This document shows positions 52,097 to 61,819 of a DNA stretch of 64,000 nt, one piece after another. Location of the stretch: assembly GCA_963767465.1 (NCBI GenBank), contig CAVYDW010000004.1:59176-123175 (forward strand). Reading direction: 5' to 3'. The notes beneath the pieces are model-generated. The model saw nothing but the letters and a program-made list of their open reading frames with translations, searched no databases and was not told the origin of the DNA. The translations under genes were made by a program, and so were the position numbers. The number at the start of each line of letters is the position of its first letter. The first letter of the stretch is position 1. This DNA is from an uncultured Phycisphaerae bacterium (GTDB lineage Bacteria > Planctomycetota > Phycisphaerae > UBA1845 > JANYLN01).

Positions 52097-52863
52097 TCAG
52101 CGCTTGGCCAGCCGGTAGATCAACCGCGTCGACACAGCCGTTCCGCTCAGGAACAGCGTAAACCCCAGCGCCAATAGACCCACCAGGGTCAGCAGCAATG
52201 GCCGCAGTCCCGCCAGGCGCAGATGCCCAGGGCCAGCGCCGCCAGACCCACCATCACGTGCGTGCCGTATACCGGCGAGAGCAGCGTGCCGATGTGCTCC
52301 AGCGGCCGCTCCGCCGAGGGAATCACGTCCCCTCGCCCGATCTCGGGCCGGCTGACGTCAACCCGCCCGGTGTCCGAGACCACTTCCCCGGAGCGGTACC
52401 CCCCGGGCCGGTAGACCGCGTCCACGTACTCGCCCAGCTTCGCGCGGCTGCTGCCGAACAGCAGCGCGCTGCCGAAGATCGTCACCGCGCACGCCGACAG
52501 CAGGACCGGGTATATGCCGAGCAGCCCGATGATGCCCAGCGCCAGCCCGGCACAGCCCGCGAAGAATTCCGCGTTCATCCCGCCGGCCAGCTCCGTCTGT
52601 TCGATGGTCCCGCCGGTCCGGCTGAGCAACTGCATGTGCCGCCCCGCGATCGCGATGCCCTCCAGAATGAAGGCGGCGCCCACGCAGATCGTGCCGATCG
52701 TCACCATCCACACCGGCAGCACGGCCGACAGGCCGAAGATCGCCAGGACGACCGCACAGCCGCCCCCGATCGCCCATGCCATCGAGCCGCCAGATACGAG
52801 GCCCGCCTTTATCTTCTCCTCGCGACTCGGCTCGTTCGCGGCATGTTCACCAAATGTAGCCAT
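52097..52863 (-). pseudogene. multi-pass membrane protein of unknown function, with one apparent frame break near 52215
   Basis: ORF 52189..52863 has several Gly/Ala-rich TM helices. The shifted frame continues as a clean terminal TM segment LRLAGLRPLLLTLVGLLALGFTLFLSGTAVSTRLIYRLAKR ending at TGA 52097-52099. Confidence 0.5.
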
Positions 52864-53486
52864 GGATTAGCCCCTTTCTATCTACCTGCCTGCGGTACCT
52901 ATTCACAATTTCCCGACACTTCCTGTGTGCCTGGCCAGGAATGTGCTCGGCGGGGCTGGACGACCGGTGCGACTTGAACATCTGCAACCGCATAGGTACA
53001 CCGACACGTGCATCTTCCACCGAAACAGACGTGCACACCGAAAACAACCCCGCGATCTCTAGATTACAGGCGCCGCGCCGACCGGGTCAAACTCGTCCAC
53101 CGGAGCAACCTCCGGCGACCACTGCGCCGCGCAGCGCCCCTCGGCGCCGTTCTCTATTTCTGAGCATAGTGGGCCATCGTGGACCGGGCAAATCGATGTG
53201 CAGCACCCCGGCGCCGCCGGATCGCGCGCACCCGTCACCCCTCCGCGCGCGTAGACGCCAGGAGCGACACTGCCGCTTGCCGCCCATCGGCGCTGCACCG
53301 CGCCACAGAGGCGATTCAACGGTTGCGGAAATGTGGCTTGCGATGCGACTGCACCTCGGGCGGAACGGCTTGCAGCCGGGCACGCCTCGCCGGGTGCCGC
53401 CGCTCGCGGTGTCTGCAGGCGTACGTCCGCTCCCGGGTACCATGCCGCGAAGACAGAACTGGCGCTTCGCCGCCGCGACGAATCGC

Positions 53487-56400
53487 CTACCGGCTGCCCC
53501 CGCCCGCCGGCTGCGTCGCCGGCACGCAGATGGCCGAGACTCGATCGCCATACAGGAAAACCCGCACGCCCAGGTCTCGCCGGGCGTAATATCCAAAGCC
53601 CTTCCGGTTCTCGGCGTCCTTGTAGAGTACCCCATCTTCAAAGCCGATCCGCTCCCGCTCCACGACCTTGTTCGGCTGGCCCAGGACCGCCAGGACGTCG
53701 TCCAGGCTGGCGCCCACGCGCAGCTTGCCGCGGAAGGCATAGTTCGGCTTGACCGGACCGTTGTTCACGAAGTGCAGCTCCCTTGCGCCGTCCCTGGACA
53801 TGTACACCTGGAGACCCGCTGGGTACAGCATGATGTAACTGTCGGGCAGTTCGTCTTCCTTGTACGTCTTCGCGCCGCTGGCGTACTGAACCGGCGGACC
53901 GAACATCCGTACGATGTCCTCGCGGGTGGGCTGGTTCGGGCCCAGCTGCGCGACTCTGGCCGGCAGGTCGGCGTTGAAGGTCTCCTGGTTCGCCACCGAG
54001 ACCCGCGGCTCGGGCGGCGGCTGAACTCCTCCGATATACACCGCCACGACCCTGTCTTGCCACAGGAACACCCGCACGCCCAGGCTGCTCCGCCGCTGGT
54101 AGTACCCGCGGCCCTTCATCCCGTCGATGTCCTTGTAGAGCACGCCGTCGTCCATGAACTCCAGCGGCTCCCCGGTGATCGTCTTGTCCGGCGCGCCCAT
54201 CACCCCCAGCATGTCCTCTACGCTCGACCCGAAATGCAGCCCCCGCCAGGCGTAGCTGGACGGTCCCTCAAACCGGAACTCGTACAGACGGCCCTGGGCC
54301 ATGTAGATCTGGAACCCGTCGGGGTAGACCATGCAGTAGCCATCCGGCATGGGCTCGCCCTTGGTTATGGTCTGGTTGGGACCGGTGATGTAGGACCTCG
54401 GCTCGCCAAAGACTCGCAGAACGTCGTCAAGCCCGGCCTTGCCGAACTCGAGCTGGGACATCTTCGCGTCGAACTCGCGCGAAAGGGCTTCGTCCACCGG
54501 CGGACTGGGCGGCAACGAGTCCTCCGGCGAGGGCACAGCATCCGCATGCGCGTCGGAGGGCTGTTGGCTATCACGCTTGGCGCCGTCGCCCCTTGTACCG
54601 CCGCCCTCGCCCGGCAGGATCTTTGCCAGCACGAGCAGGAACATCGGCCCGGACGGCTCAGCCTTGGGGTCCGGTTCGAGGAACAGGTCGATCTCGGCGT
54701 CCTTGCCGGCCTCGGTCTTCCGCTCGCGATACCCACGGACCAGCGAAGAGCCCCTCGGCATCTGCACCAGGAGGGTCGATCCGCTCGCGACCTCCGCCCG
54801 GACCTCCGCCACCGCTTCATTCAGTCCGAATCGCCCGGCGTTGCCCGGTCCGTAGGGTTCGTAGACCTCCTCCGATCGGCCGTACACGTGGAGATTGATC
54901 CTCTGATCGGCCACGATATCGCCGTGGACGGCCAGCACCGACCCCGGGACGCCCAGGGTGATCTTGCCGGTCCCGTCCTGTCGCGGGACCACCATGGTGA
55001 TTCTCGGCTGCACCTCGACCCGTGCCGTCTGATGATCGAGCAGCGCAATTTGCGGCGCACCAAGGGTCGTCCCGGTCCGGTCTGTCTCCGCGACCTTCAT
55101 CACGACCTTGAACAGGCTGTGACGCTGTTCGTCGGACAGGACCATCCGATCCACCTTGTCCACCCGGTTCGTGGCCGCCGGCTGCGAGGCCATCGCTGCC
55201 TCATCCCTTCCGAGCAGCTGGGCGATCGAGGCACTCTTCAGCTGGGCCGGTACCTGCACGGACCACGCCTGGATCAGCATCGGCCGGGCGGTCTTGTCCT
55301 CCGGCTGGTGGTCGGCATCGAACTCCTTCGGCACCTCCACCGCCAGGCTTCGCACATCCTTGGGCAAGCCCCGGTCCGGCTGGGCCAGCTTGTATGACTC
55401 CCAGCGCGGCCGGGCCAACTCGTCCGCACCGGGCGCGTCGCCAGCGTCCCTGGCCCCCGAGACCGACGCCACCAGCCCCAGGATGATCGCGAAGGCTCCC
55501 GCCAGCAGCACCGGCCCCGCCGTCCACCGACAGGACGAATCCCCGGCCGGCGCTGGCACCCCCAGCAGCCGCCGCGCCCGCTCCAGCAGCAACGTCCCCT
55601 GCCACGCGACCGCCAGGCCTGCTGCCGGCGCGTCTTGCGCCCGCGATTCCTCCAGGCTGACCAAGGCCCGGATATAGGCGAAGCGGTCCCCGCAGACCTC
55701 AATCGCGATGTCATCGCAGCAGTTCTCCCGCTCGACGCGGATCCGTCGCGACACCCACCACGCCGCCGGATGGTAGAACAGCAGCGTCTCCATCACCACT
55801 TGCGCCAGGTTGACCAGGTAGTCGTACCGCCGTATGTGCGCCAGCTCGTGCGCCACAATCGCCTCGATCTGCTGTGGCGCCAGCCCCGTCAGCGCCGCCA
55901 CCGGCAACAGGATGACCGGCCGCATGTGCCCGATCACCGTCGGCACCCGCGCCAGACCCGATTCCAGCATCTGCACAGGCCGCGTCACGCCGATCCGCCG
56001 CCCCAATTCCGCAAGCCGTCCCTGCCAGGGCTCGCCTACCTCCGAACAACCCCGCCGCCGCAGCCGCTCCGCCGCCGCCCAGCCCGCCGCCATCCGCAGC
56101 GACAGCGCCGACACGCCCGCCAGCCAGGCCGCCACGATCCACCGCAGGTGCGACTCCAGCCAGTTGGCCAGCCGCGTATGCCAGGGGATGCCAGTGTCGG
56201 CGGCGGAAGGGGCCTCCGAACCGCGGAGCCCGTCGAGGTGCCACTGCCCAGCACGGGCCGGCATCGCCGCGGCAGGCGCCCGCGCCGCTTGCGCAGCCCC
56301 GGCTACCCCGCCAGGTACGCCCGGCACCATCAGCACTGTCACCGTCGGCAGCGCCGCCATCAGCACGAGGGCAACACATCCCGCCAGGTAGCGGGCATTT

Positions 56401-56537
56401 GCCGACCGTCGTCTCAGGGCCACCAGCGTGGCGGCCAGCAGCACCGCCACCAGCACCAGCTGCCACAGCGAGTGCAGCAGCATCCAGCCCAGGCGATGCA
56501 CGACCGGCGAAGCGAAGAATGTCTCGAGGGATGTCAT
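53487..56537 (-). CDS. BlaR1/M56-family peptidase sensor with a very long extracytoplasmic C-terminal region (1016 aa)
   Basis: The N-terminus MTSLETFFASPVVHRLGWMLLHSLWQ is typical of BlaR1. Also present are the zinc site VAHELAHIRRYD, LFYHPAAWW and CCDDIA. The start overlaps the blaI-like stop. The C-terminus holds two tandem ~115-aa modules. Confidence 0.85.
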   Translation of the reverse strand: MTSLETFFASPVVHRLGWMLLHSLWQLVLVAVLLAATLVALRRRSANARYLAGCVALVLMAALPTVTVLMVPGVPGGVAGAAQAARAPAAAMPARAGQWHLDGLRGSEAPSAADTGIPWHTRLANWLESHLRWIVAAWLAGVSALSLRMAAGWAAAERLRRRGCSEVGEPWQGRLAELGRRIGVTRPVQMLESGLARVPTVIGHMRPVILLPVAALTGLAPQQIEAIVAHELAHIRRYDYLVNLAQVVMETLLFYHPAAWWVSRRIRVERENCCDDIAIEVCGDRFAYIRALVSLEESRAQDAPAAGLAVAWQGTLLLERARRLLGVPAPAGDSSCRWTAGPVLLAGAFAIILGLVASVSGARDAGDAPGADELARPRWESYKLAQPDRGLPKDVRSLAVEVPKEFDADHQPEDKTARPMLIQAWSVQVPAQLKSASIAQLLGRDEAAMASQPAATNRVDKVDRMVLSDEQRHSLFKVVMKVAETDRTGTTLGAPQIALLDHQTARVEVQPRITMVVPRQDGTGKITLGVPGSVLAVHGDIVADQRINLHVYGRSEEVYEPYGPGNAGRFGLNEAVAEVRAEVASGSTLLVQMPRGSSLVRGYRERKTEAGKDAEIDLFLEPDPKAEPSGPMFLLVLAKILPGEGGGTRGDGAKRDSQQPSDAHADAVPSPEDSLPPSPPVDEALSREFDAKMSQLEFGKAGLDDVLRVFGEPRSYITGPNQTITKGEPMPDGYCMVYPDGFQIYMAQGRLYEFRFEGPSSYAWRGLHFGSSVEDMLGVMGAPDKTITGEPLEFMDDGVLYKDIDGMKGRGYYQRRSSLGVRVFLWQDRVVAVYIGGVQPPPEPRVSVANQETFNADLPARVAQLGPNQPTREDIVRMFGPPVQYASGAKTYKEDELPDSYIMLYPAGLQVYMSRDGARELHFVNNGPVKPNYAFRGKLRVGASLDDVLAVLGQPNKVVERERIGFEDGVLYKDAENRKGFGYYARRDLGVRVFLYGDRVSAICVPATQPAGGGSR

Positions 56538-56923
56538 TTCGCGCCCCTTTCCAGTTGCTCCAGTAGATTGCGGATCTCGACAAGTTCCTCGTGCGATGCC
56601 CTCTTGGCCGACAGCGCCTGCATGACCATCTTCCGCGCCGACCCGTCGAACGCCCGGTCCAGGAGGTCCCCCACCAGCTGCCGCTGCGTGTCCGCCTCGC
56701 CCAGCCGCGCCTGGTAGACGTGCGTCCGCCGCGACTCGTCCCGCGTGACCAGCCCCTTGTCGATCATGATTTGCAGGAATTTTAGAACAGTGGTATAACC
56801 GGTCCGCCGCTCGCGCTGCAGCTGCTCCTGCACCTCCCGCACGGTGCTCGGGCCCCGCTGCCAGAGGACCTTCAGGATCGCCAGCTCCGCGTCCGTCGGC
56901 CGCGGCAGGTCGTGTCTGCTCAT
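56534..56923 (-). CDS. BlaI/MecI/CopY-family transcriptional repressor
   Basis: PTDAELAILKVLWQRGPSTVREVQEQL...GYTTVLKFLQIMIDKGLVTRDESRRTHVY is the BlaI winged helix. ATG 56923. Confidence 0.85.
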   Translation of the reverse strand: MSRHDLPRPTDAELAILKVLWQRGPSTVREVQEQLQRERRTGYTTVLKFLQIMIDKGLVTRDESRRTHVYQARLGEADTQRQLVGDLLDRAFDGSARKMVMQALSAKRASHEELVEIRNLLEQLERGAK

Positions 56924-57073
56924 CGTGCGGTCTCCTCTGATCCGCTCATCGCAAAGCCTCTTGCGCCGGGTGCCACGCCTGCGGTGTTTGCAGGCGTGCA
57001 AGACGTTCGAATCCGGATACCCTCGCGCACAAGCCCTGATGCTCCGCCAAGCGTGCATCTGCAGATACCATAC

Positions 57074-57108
57074 ACGAAGACTTTCGTACTGTCAACGAAC
57101 ATCTTCGT
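57074..57108. promoter_or_regulatory. two tandem ACGAA-N4-TTCGT dyads, candidate BlaI-family operator
   Basis: ACGAAgactTTCGT (57074-57087) and ACGAAcatcTTCGT (57095-57108) have centres 21 bp apart. They lie in the divergent intergenic region about 150-185 bp upstream of the repressor start. Confidence 0.35.
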
Positions 57109-57416
57109 ATTTCGTCGCCGCCCCGTCTCCCCCCTGCTCTCCTGCCCCACGGTCTACCGCTCTGTTCTCTGGCCGCCCGGCGGCGCTCGGAGAATCCCCT
57201 AGGTTGCCGTAGGTGCTTGGCCCGCTGGGAAATACAGGCGACCACCCGATTGATACACACCCCGCTCGGCCTTTATAGTTCACTGTATCAATCGGTTGGG
57301 TCGCAACGGTTGGAACGCGGCAGAGGCGCGGTACCGTCTCCCAACAGCGGCGAACCCGATCTTTCAGGGAGCAATTCTCCGGACTGCTTGCGATCGGCGC
57401 GGAAAGGACTCTGACT

Positions 57417-58089
57417 ATGGCAGTGTCGTACTGGGCAAGATGGGCGTGTAACGGCCAGGTCGCCGACCTGCCTGAACTCCTCCTACTCCACGTGCTGGCC
57501 GAAGGCTACGAACTGCTCACCTGCGACGACGGCTGCCAGGCGTTCGACCGCGGCGGTCTCCACAAGGAAGATCGGCTGGTCGCTCAGCGGCGGCCGCTGG
57601 GAGCACGCCCCCATCGACCTGACCATCACCTACTCCTACACCGACACCCGCACCGTCGCCAACTTCTACTGGCGGCTGGCGACCCGCCCGCTCCCCGCCA
57701 GCCCCAAGGAACAGGCCGGCTTCGCTACATTCCTCCGCCAGCAAGTGGACCGGATCATCACCCGCCTGAGCCTCCAGGTCTCCGCCGTGCCCATCCAACA
57801 AGACGCCGAGGCCGCCGAAGAGGGCGCCATCCTGCAGACCTGCTGGGAACTCGGCCAGCGGACGGACACGCCCCCGACGCAGCGGATCGGCCGGGCCTGT
57901 GCCGATTGGCACCAGGCCCTCTCCACGATCGACCTGGCCGCCGAGCGGACCGAGACCCGCCAGGGCGTCCGAGCCGAGCCGCACACCTGCAACCGCTGCC
58001 GTGGCGCAGCCGTGCCGGTCCCCGGCACCAGTGGCCGTTACTACTGCCTCCCATGCCGCCGTCACTTGCCGTATGTGCCGGCGGTTTAG
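57417..58089 (+). pseudogene. hypothetical protein with a C-terminal zinc ribbon; one apparent frame break near 57570
   Basis: The N-terminal part is in ORF 57417..58109. After the shift the sequence reads ...WEHAPIDLTITYSYTDTRTVANFYWRLATRPL...HTCNRCRGAAVPVPGTSGRYYCLPCRRHL (ORF 57745..58089 frame). Confidence 0.45.
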
Positions 58090-58273
58090 ACGATCTCGCA
58101 ACTCCCTGATCCCGGGCGCGGCTGGCGAAAGCCAGCCGTGCCTTTTTTCCATGGTACAATCATGCAGCAGGAGCACCGGGTGCGATGCCATTTGTGCGAT
58201 CTATTGTTGAACCGTGCTCTCTCGAACAGGCAAGGCTCAACCGGAAGTGGTACACGGTACGAGGTGCTCGCTG

Positions 58274-59053
58274 ATGAACCTCAAAACGGAACGGTCGCAG
58301 AACCCCTCCCGCCGGCCCCTCCCCCTCACCCTCCTGCTCCCGCTGACCCTCGCGATCGCCGGCTGCGCAGCCGCCCCCGACCCCGCCGTCCGCTACATCG
58401 CCTTCGGCGACTCCACCACAGCCGGCCCCGCGGACACCCAGTACTGGCAGTTCCTCCGCGACGACCTGCACCAGCCCGCTGAATCCTTCGCCGGCCAGGG
58501 CCGCGGCGGCGAGCAGACCGCTAACGGCCTCGACCGACTGCAGGGCCTCCTGGACGCGGGCCTCTACCCCAACGCCCGGGTCCTGCTCTACTGGCAGGGC
58601 GGCAACGACCTGATCGCCTTCGTCCACAGCCACGACCCCCTCCTGGTGCTCTCGCCCAAGGCCGCCGACTACCCCTTCGTCGCCGAACTGGCCGCCGCCT
58701 TGGACACCACCCAGGGCAACATCGAGCAGGCGATCCGCCTGGGCCGCCAGGCCGGCCTGACCGTCTACGCAGCCAACTACTTCTACCTGAGCGCCCAGAC
58801 CGGCCAGTGTAAGCCGGCCCTGCTGGGTGTCCTGCTGCCCACCCAGCAAGACCGCGTGACCGAGTACATCCAGCTTCTCAACGACCGCATCCGCGCCGCC
58901 GCCAGTGCCGGCGCCGTCCTGGTGGACGTGGCCCGGCAGGCCGATACCATCGCCGCCGACCCCGCCAACTACGTCAACTGCGACCACCTCGGCGACCAGG
59001 GAAACCAGATCGTGGCGGGGATCTTCCAGGTGGTGATCCAGTCCCAGCCGTGA
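58274..59053 (+). CDS. SGNH/GDSL-family hydrolase lipoprotein
   Basis: Lipobox LAIAGC. Block I is IAFGDSTT, block III is WQGGND and block V is CDHLGD. Confidence 0.8.
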   Translation: MNLKTERSQNPSRRPLPLTLLLPLTLAIAGCAAAPDPAVRYIAFGDSTTAGPADTQYWQFLRDDLHQPAESFAGQGRGGEQTANGLDRLQGLLDAGLYPNARVLLYWQGGNDLIAFVHSHDPLLVLSPKAADYPFVAELAAALDTTQGNIEQAIRLGRQAGLTVYAANYFYLSAQTGQCKPALLGVLLPTQQDRVTEYIQLLNDRIRAAASAGAVLVDVARQADTIAADPANYVNCDHLGDQGNQIVAGIFQVVIQSQP

Positions 59054-59261
59054 ATCGCCTGCCAGCGCCAGGCTGTGCATCCTTGCCGTCAGCCGTCTGC
59101 GAGCCCGAAGCGTCAGCGAGGGTATCCGTTGTCGTTGTTGTTGCCGTTGCCGTCTGTCCCCTGTAACCTGTCCCCTGTCCCCCACTTCCTGAACCCCCAA
59201 ACCCTTCCGTATCACATTGCCACATTGCCACATTTGTCATACTTGTCATATTGTCATATTG

Positions 59262-60248
59262 TCAGCCGTTACGCCCCCCCTCTTCCTTCCGCCGCTGCGA
59301 ATCCCGCTTCGGATCGTACGGCTCAATGTGGATCAGCACGTCCGCCCCAGCCAGCTGCTTGCCGATGTCCGCCTTGATCATCCGGGTCAGCTCGTGGCTC
59401 GCGTACACCGACATGCCCGGATCCACCCACAAATGAAACTCCACGAACCGCGTCCGACCGCTCTTGCGTGTCCGCAGGCGGTGATACCCGAAGATGCCCG
59501 GCCGCTCGCCGTTGGTCTTGAGGCCATGCAGGTACTCGCGAATCCAGGTCTTCTCCTCGGCCGGCAGGTCCGTGTCGATCAGGTCGCGTCCGGCCTGCAG
59601 GGTCAGGCCCCACGCCGCCTTGACGATCAGCAGCGCCACCGCGATCGCCGCGATCGGGTCGATCCAGTGGAAGTGCCGCCCCGGAAAGATCCACTCCCCC
59701 GACCAGAGCAGCGCCAGCCCCGCCATCACCCCGGCGCTGGTCCACACGTCCGTCCGCAGGTGCCAGGCATCCGCCTCCAGCGCCACCGAGTCCGTCGCAC
59801 GCGCCACCTTGAACAGCATCCCCGACACAACCGTGTTCACCACCGCCGAGGCCAGCATCACGATCACGCCCCAGCCGACGTCCTCCATCGGCTGCGGCCG
59901 CATCAGCTTGTGCACCGCTTCGTAGACGATCCACCCCGCGGCCAGGAAGATCAGCGCCGCCTCGATCACCCCGGAGATGTTCTCGATCTTGCCGTGGCCG
60001 AACGAGTGCTCCTCGTCCGCCGGCTTGTCCGACGTGCGCACGGCGATCAGCGCGATGACCGCCGCGATCAGGTCGACCCCCGAATGGATCGCCTCGGACA
60101 TCACCGACACCGAGCCGATCGTCCAGCCCACGGCCACCTTCGCGACCACGAGCAGGCTGTTGGAAGTTACCGATAATGTTGCGACCGCGCTTTTCTTTCG
60201 CTGTAGGTCCACGCGAACTTGTCTATAGCAGAACGAGCCGGAATGCAA
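59262..60248 (-). CDS. cation diffusion facilitator (CDF) family metal efflux transporter
   Basis: Motifs SEAIHSGVDLIAAVIALIAV, HSFGHGKIE and LEADAWHLRTDVWTS are present, plus a C-terminal cytoplasmic domain ...GYHRLRTRKSGRTRFVEFHLWV...IHIEP. The start is uncertain (ATG 60248 or GTG 60212). Confidence 0.85.
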   Translation of the reverse strand: MHSGSFCYRQVRVDLQRKKSAVATLSVTSNSLLVVAKVAVGWTIGSVSVMSEAIHSGVDLIAAVIALIAVRTSDKPADEEHSFGHGKIENISGVIEAALIFLAAGWIVYEAVHKLMRPQPMEDVGWGVIVMLASAVVNTVVSGMLFKVARATDSVALEADAWHLRTDVWTSAGVMAGLALLWSGEWIFPGRHFHWIDPIAAIAVALLIVKAAWGLTLQAGRDLIDTDLPAEEKTWIREYLHGLKTNGERPGIFGYHRLRTRKSGRTRFVEFHLWVDPGMSVYASHELTRMIKADIGKQLAGADVLIHIEPYDPKRDSQRRKEEGGRNG

Positions 60249-60491
60249 CCCTTCGCCAGCCGACTCAGGCAGCAGAGACTGGTTCTCAATATCCGTAACT
60301 CACCCGGCTGTCACTCTTGCTGTTCCGTCCGGCGCCTCGCCTCCGGGAAACTCAAGTGGAACTTGCCCAACCGGACGTATAACCTTGAGCGAGGCCTATG
60401 TGCGGCTGCTCCGCGGCCCGGCTTCATCGGCGCTGTATGCCAAACGGCCGGCATCCGGGCTACGGGCACGTCCGGCCAGTAAGGATGTGCA

Positions 60492-61781
60492 ATGGCCAGA
60501 GACGTAGATGATGGGCGTGACCAGGCCCGGGAACTGGCCCAGGCCCGGGAGCAGATCGCCCGCTTGGAGCATGTCCGCGTACGCTGTGAGGTGCTGTCGC
60601 GGAACAACGCCCGCCTGCGCGAGCTGGCCGCACAGGCCGAGCACCGCGCTGCGCACCTCCAGAGACTCGCCGCCGACCTCAGCCGCATGGAAGAAAGCGA
60701 ACGCCGCCGCCTCGCGCGGACGCTCCATGACCATCTGCAGCAGCTGCTGGTCGGTGCCAAACTCAACGTCAGCTCGCTCCGCAGCCAGGTCCAGGGCGAC
60801 GCCCTCCGCAAGGCCGTGGCCCAGGTCGACGGCCTGCTCAACGACGCGATCACCGCCTCGCGCTCCCTCACCGTCGAACTCAGCCCGCCCATCCTTGCCC
60901 AGGGCGACTTCCCCGCCGCCCTGCGCTGGCTGGCCCGCTGGATGGAGGAAAAGCACGGGTTGACCACCGAGGTCCGCGGCGATGACCGCGCCAACCCCCG
61001 GGACGATGCCACACGCGGCCTCCTCTTCCAGGCCGTCCGCGAACTGCTCCTCAACGTCGTCAAGCACGCCGGCGTCAAACGCGCCATCGTCGAGATGCAT
61101 GCCGACGACGATCTGGTCCGCATCGTCGTCGCCGATACCGGCGTGGGCTTCGAACCCTCCCGCGTCGCCCGCGCGTACAACTCCACCGACGGCCTCGGTC
61201 TCTTCAACCTCCAGGAGCGTCTCAGCCTCCTGGGTGGCCGCCTCGAGATCGAAAGCGCCCCCGGCGCCGGTACGCGGATCACCGTGCTGGCGCCGATGAG
61301 CCCGATCGTCGCACCACCCGAAGAGGCCGTCGCGCCAGCCGCCGAACTGGCCGACGCCGACTCTGGCCGCGCTGATGCCCGCCGCCGTGCCCGCGGCAAG
61401 GCCATCCGCGTCCTGCTCGCCGACGACCACGACGTCGTCCGCAACGGCCTGGCCCGCCTGCTCCAGAGCCAGCCCGGCATCCAGGTCGTCGCCCAGGCCT
61501 CCGACGGCCAGATGGCGGTCGACTTGGCGATGCGGGCCCACCCGGATGTCATCGTCATGGACGTGAGCATGCCCAGGCTCGACGGCGTCGAGGCCACCCG
61601 GCAGATCGCGGCGCAGCTGCCCGCCGTCAAGGTGATCGGCTTGTCCATGCACGGCGAGGGCGAGATCGCCGAACGGATGCGCCAGGCCGGCGCCGTAACC
61701 TACCTGGCCAAGTCCGCCGCCCCCGATGACCTCGTCGCCGCCATCCGCGCCTGCAAGCCCGAAACCGCCGCCAAGACGTAG
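60492..61781 (+). CDS. soluble hybrid histidine kinase (HisKA_3 + HATPase_c) fused to a C-terminal receiver domain
   Basis: H-box ERRRLARTLHDHLQQLL; N/G boxes LLNVVKHAG, DTGVGF and GLGLFNLQERL; REC domain VLLADDHDVV...VIVMDVSMPRLDG. There is no TM or sensor domain and no HTH output. Confidence 0.8.
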   Translation: MARDVDDGRDQARELAQAREQIARLEHVRVRCEVLSRNNARLRELAAQAEHRAAHLQRLAADLSRMEESERRRLARTLHDHLQQLLVGAKLNVSSLRSQVQGDALRKAVAQVDGLLNDAITASRSLTVELSPPILAQGDFPAALRWLARWMEEKHGLTTEVRGDDRANPRDDATRGLLFQAVRELLLNVVKHAGVKRAIVEMHADDDLVRIVVADTGVGFEPSRVARAYNSTDGLGLFNLQERLSLLGGRLEIESAPGAGTRITVLAPMSPIVAPPEEAVAPAAELADADSGRADARRRARGKAIRVLLADDHDVVRNGLARLLQSQPGIQVVAQASDGQMAVDLAMRAHPDVIVMDVSMPRLDGVEATRQIAAQLPAVKVIGLSMHGEGEIAERMRQAGAVTYLAKSAAPDDLVAAIRACKPETAAKT

Positions 61782-61819
61782 CAACACCTGGGACCTGCCT
61801 CAAGATAACGACGCATCGA

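Noticed and set aside
53059-53319. An 86-aa minus-strand ORF (…CCTSICPVHDGPLCSEIENGAEGRCAAQWSPEVAPVDEFDPVGAAPVI) in the 620-nt gap between the membrane protein gene and the BlaR1 gene.
   Set aside because: No RBS and no recognisable motif, and the N-terminal half is Arg/Gly/Ala-rich like a shadow frame. A real small gene, or a frame-broken one, cannot be excluded.
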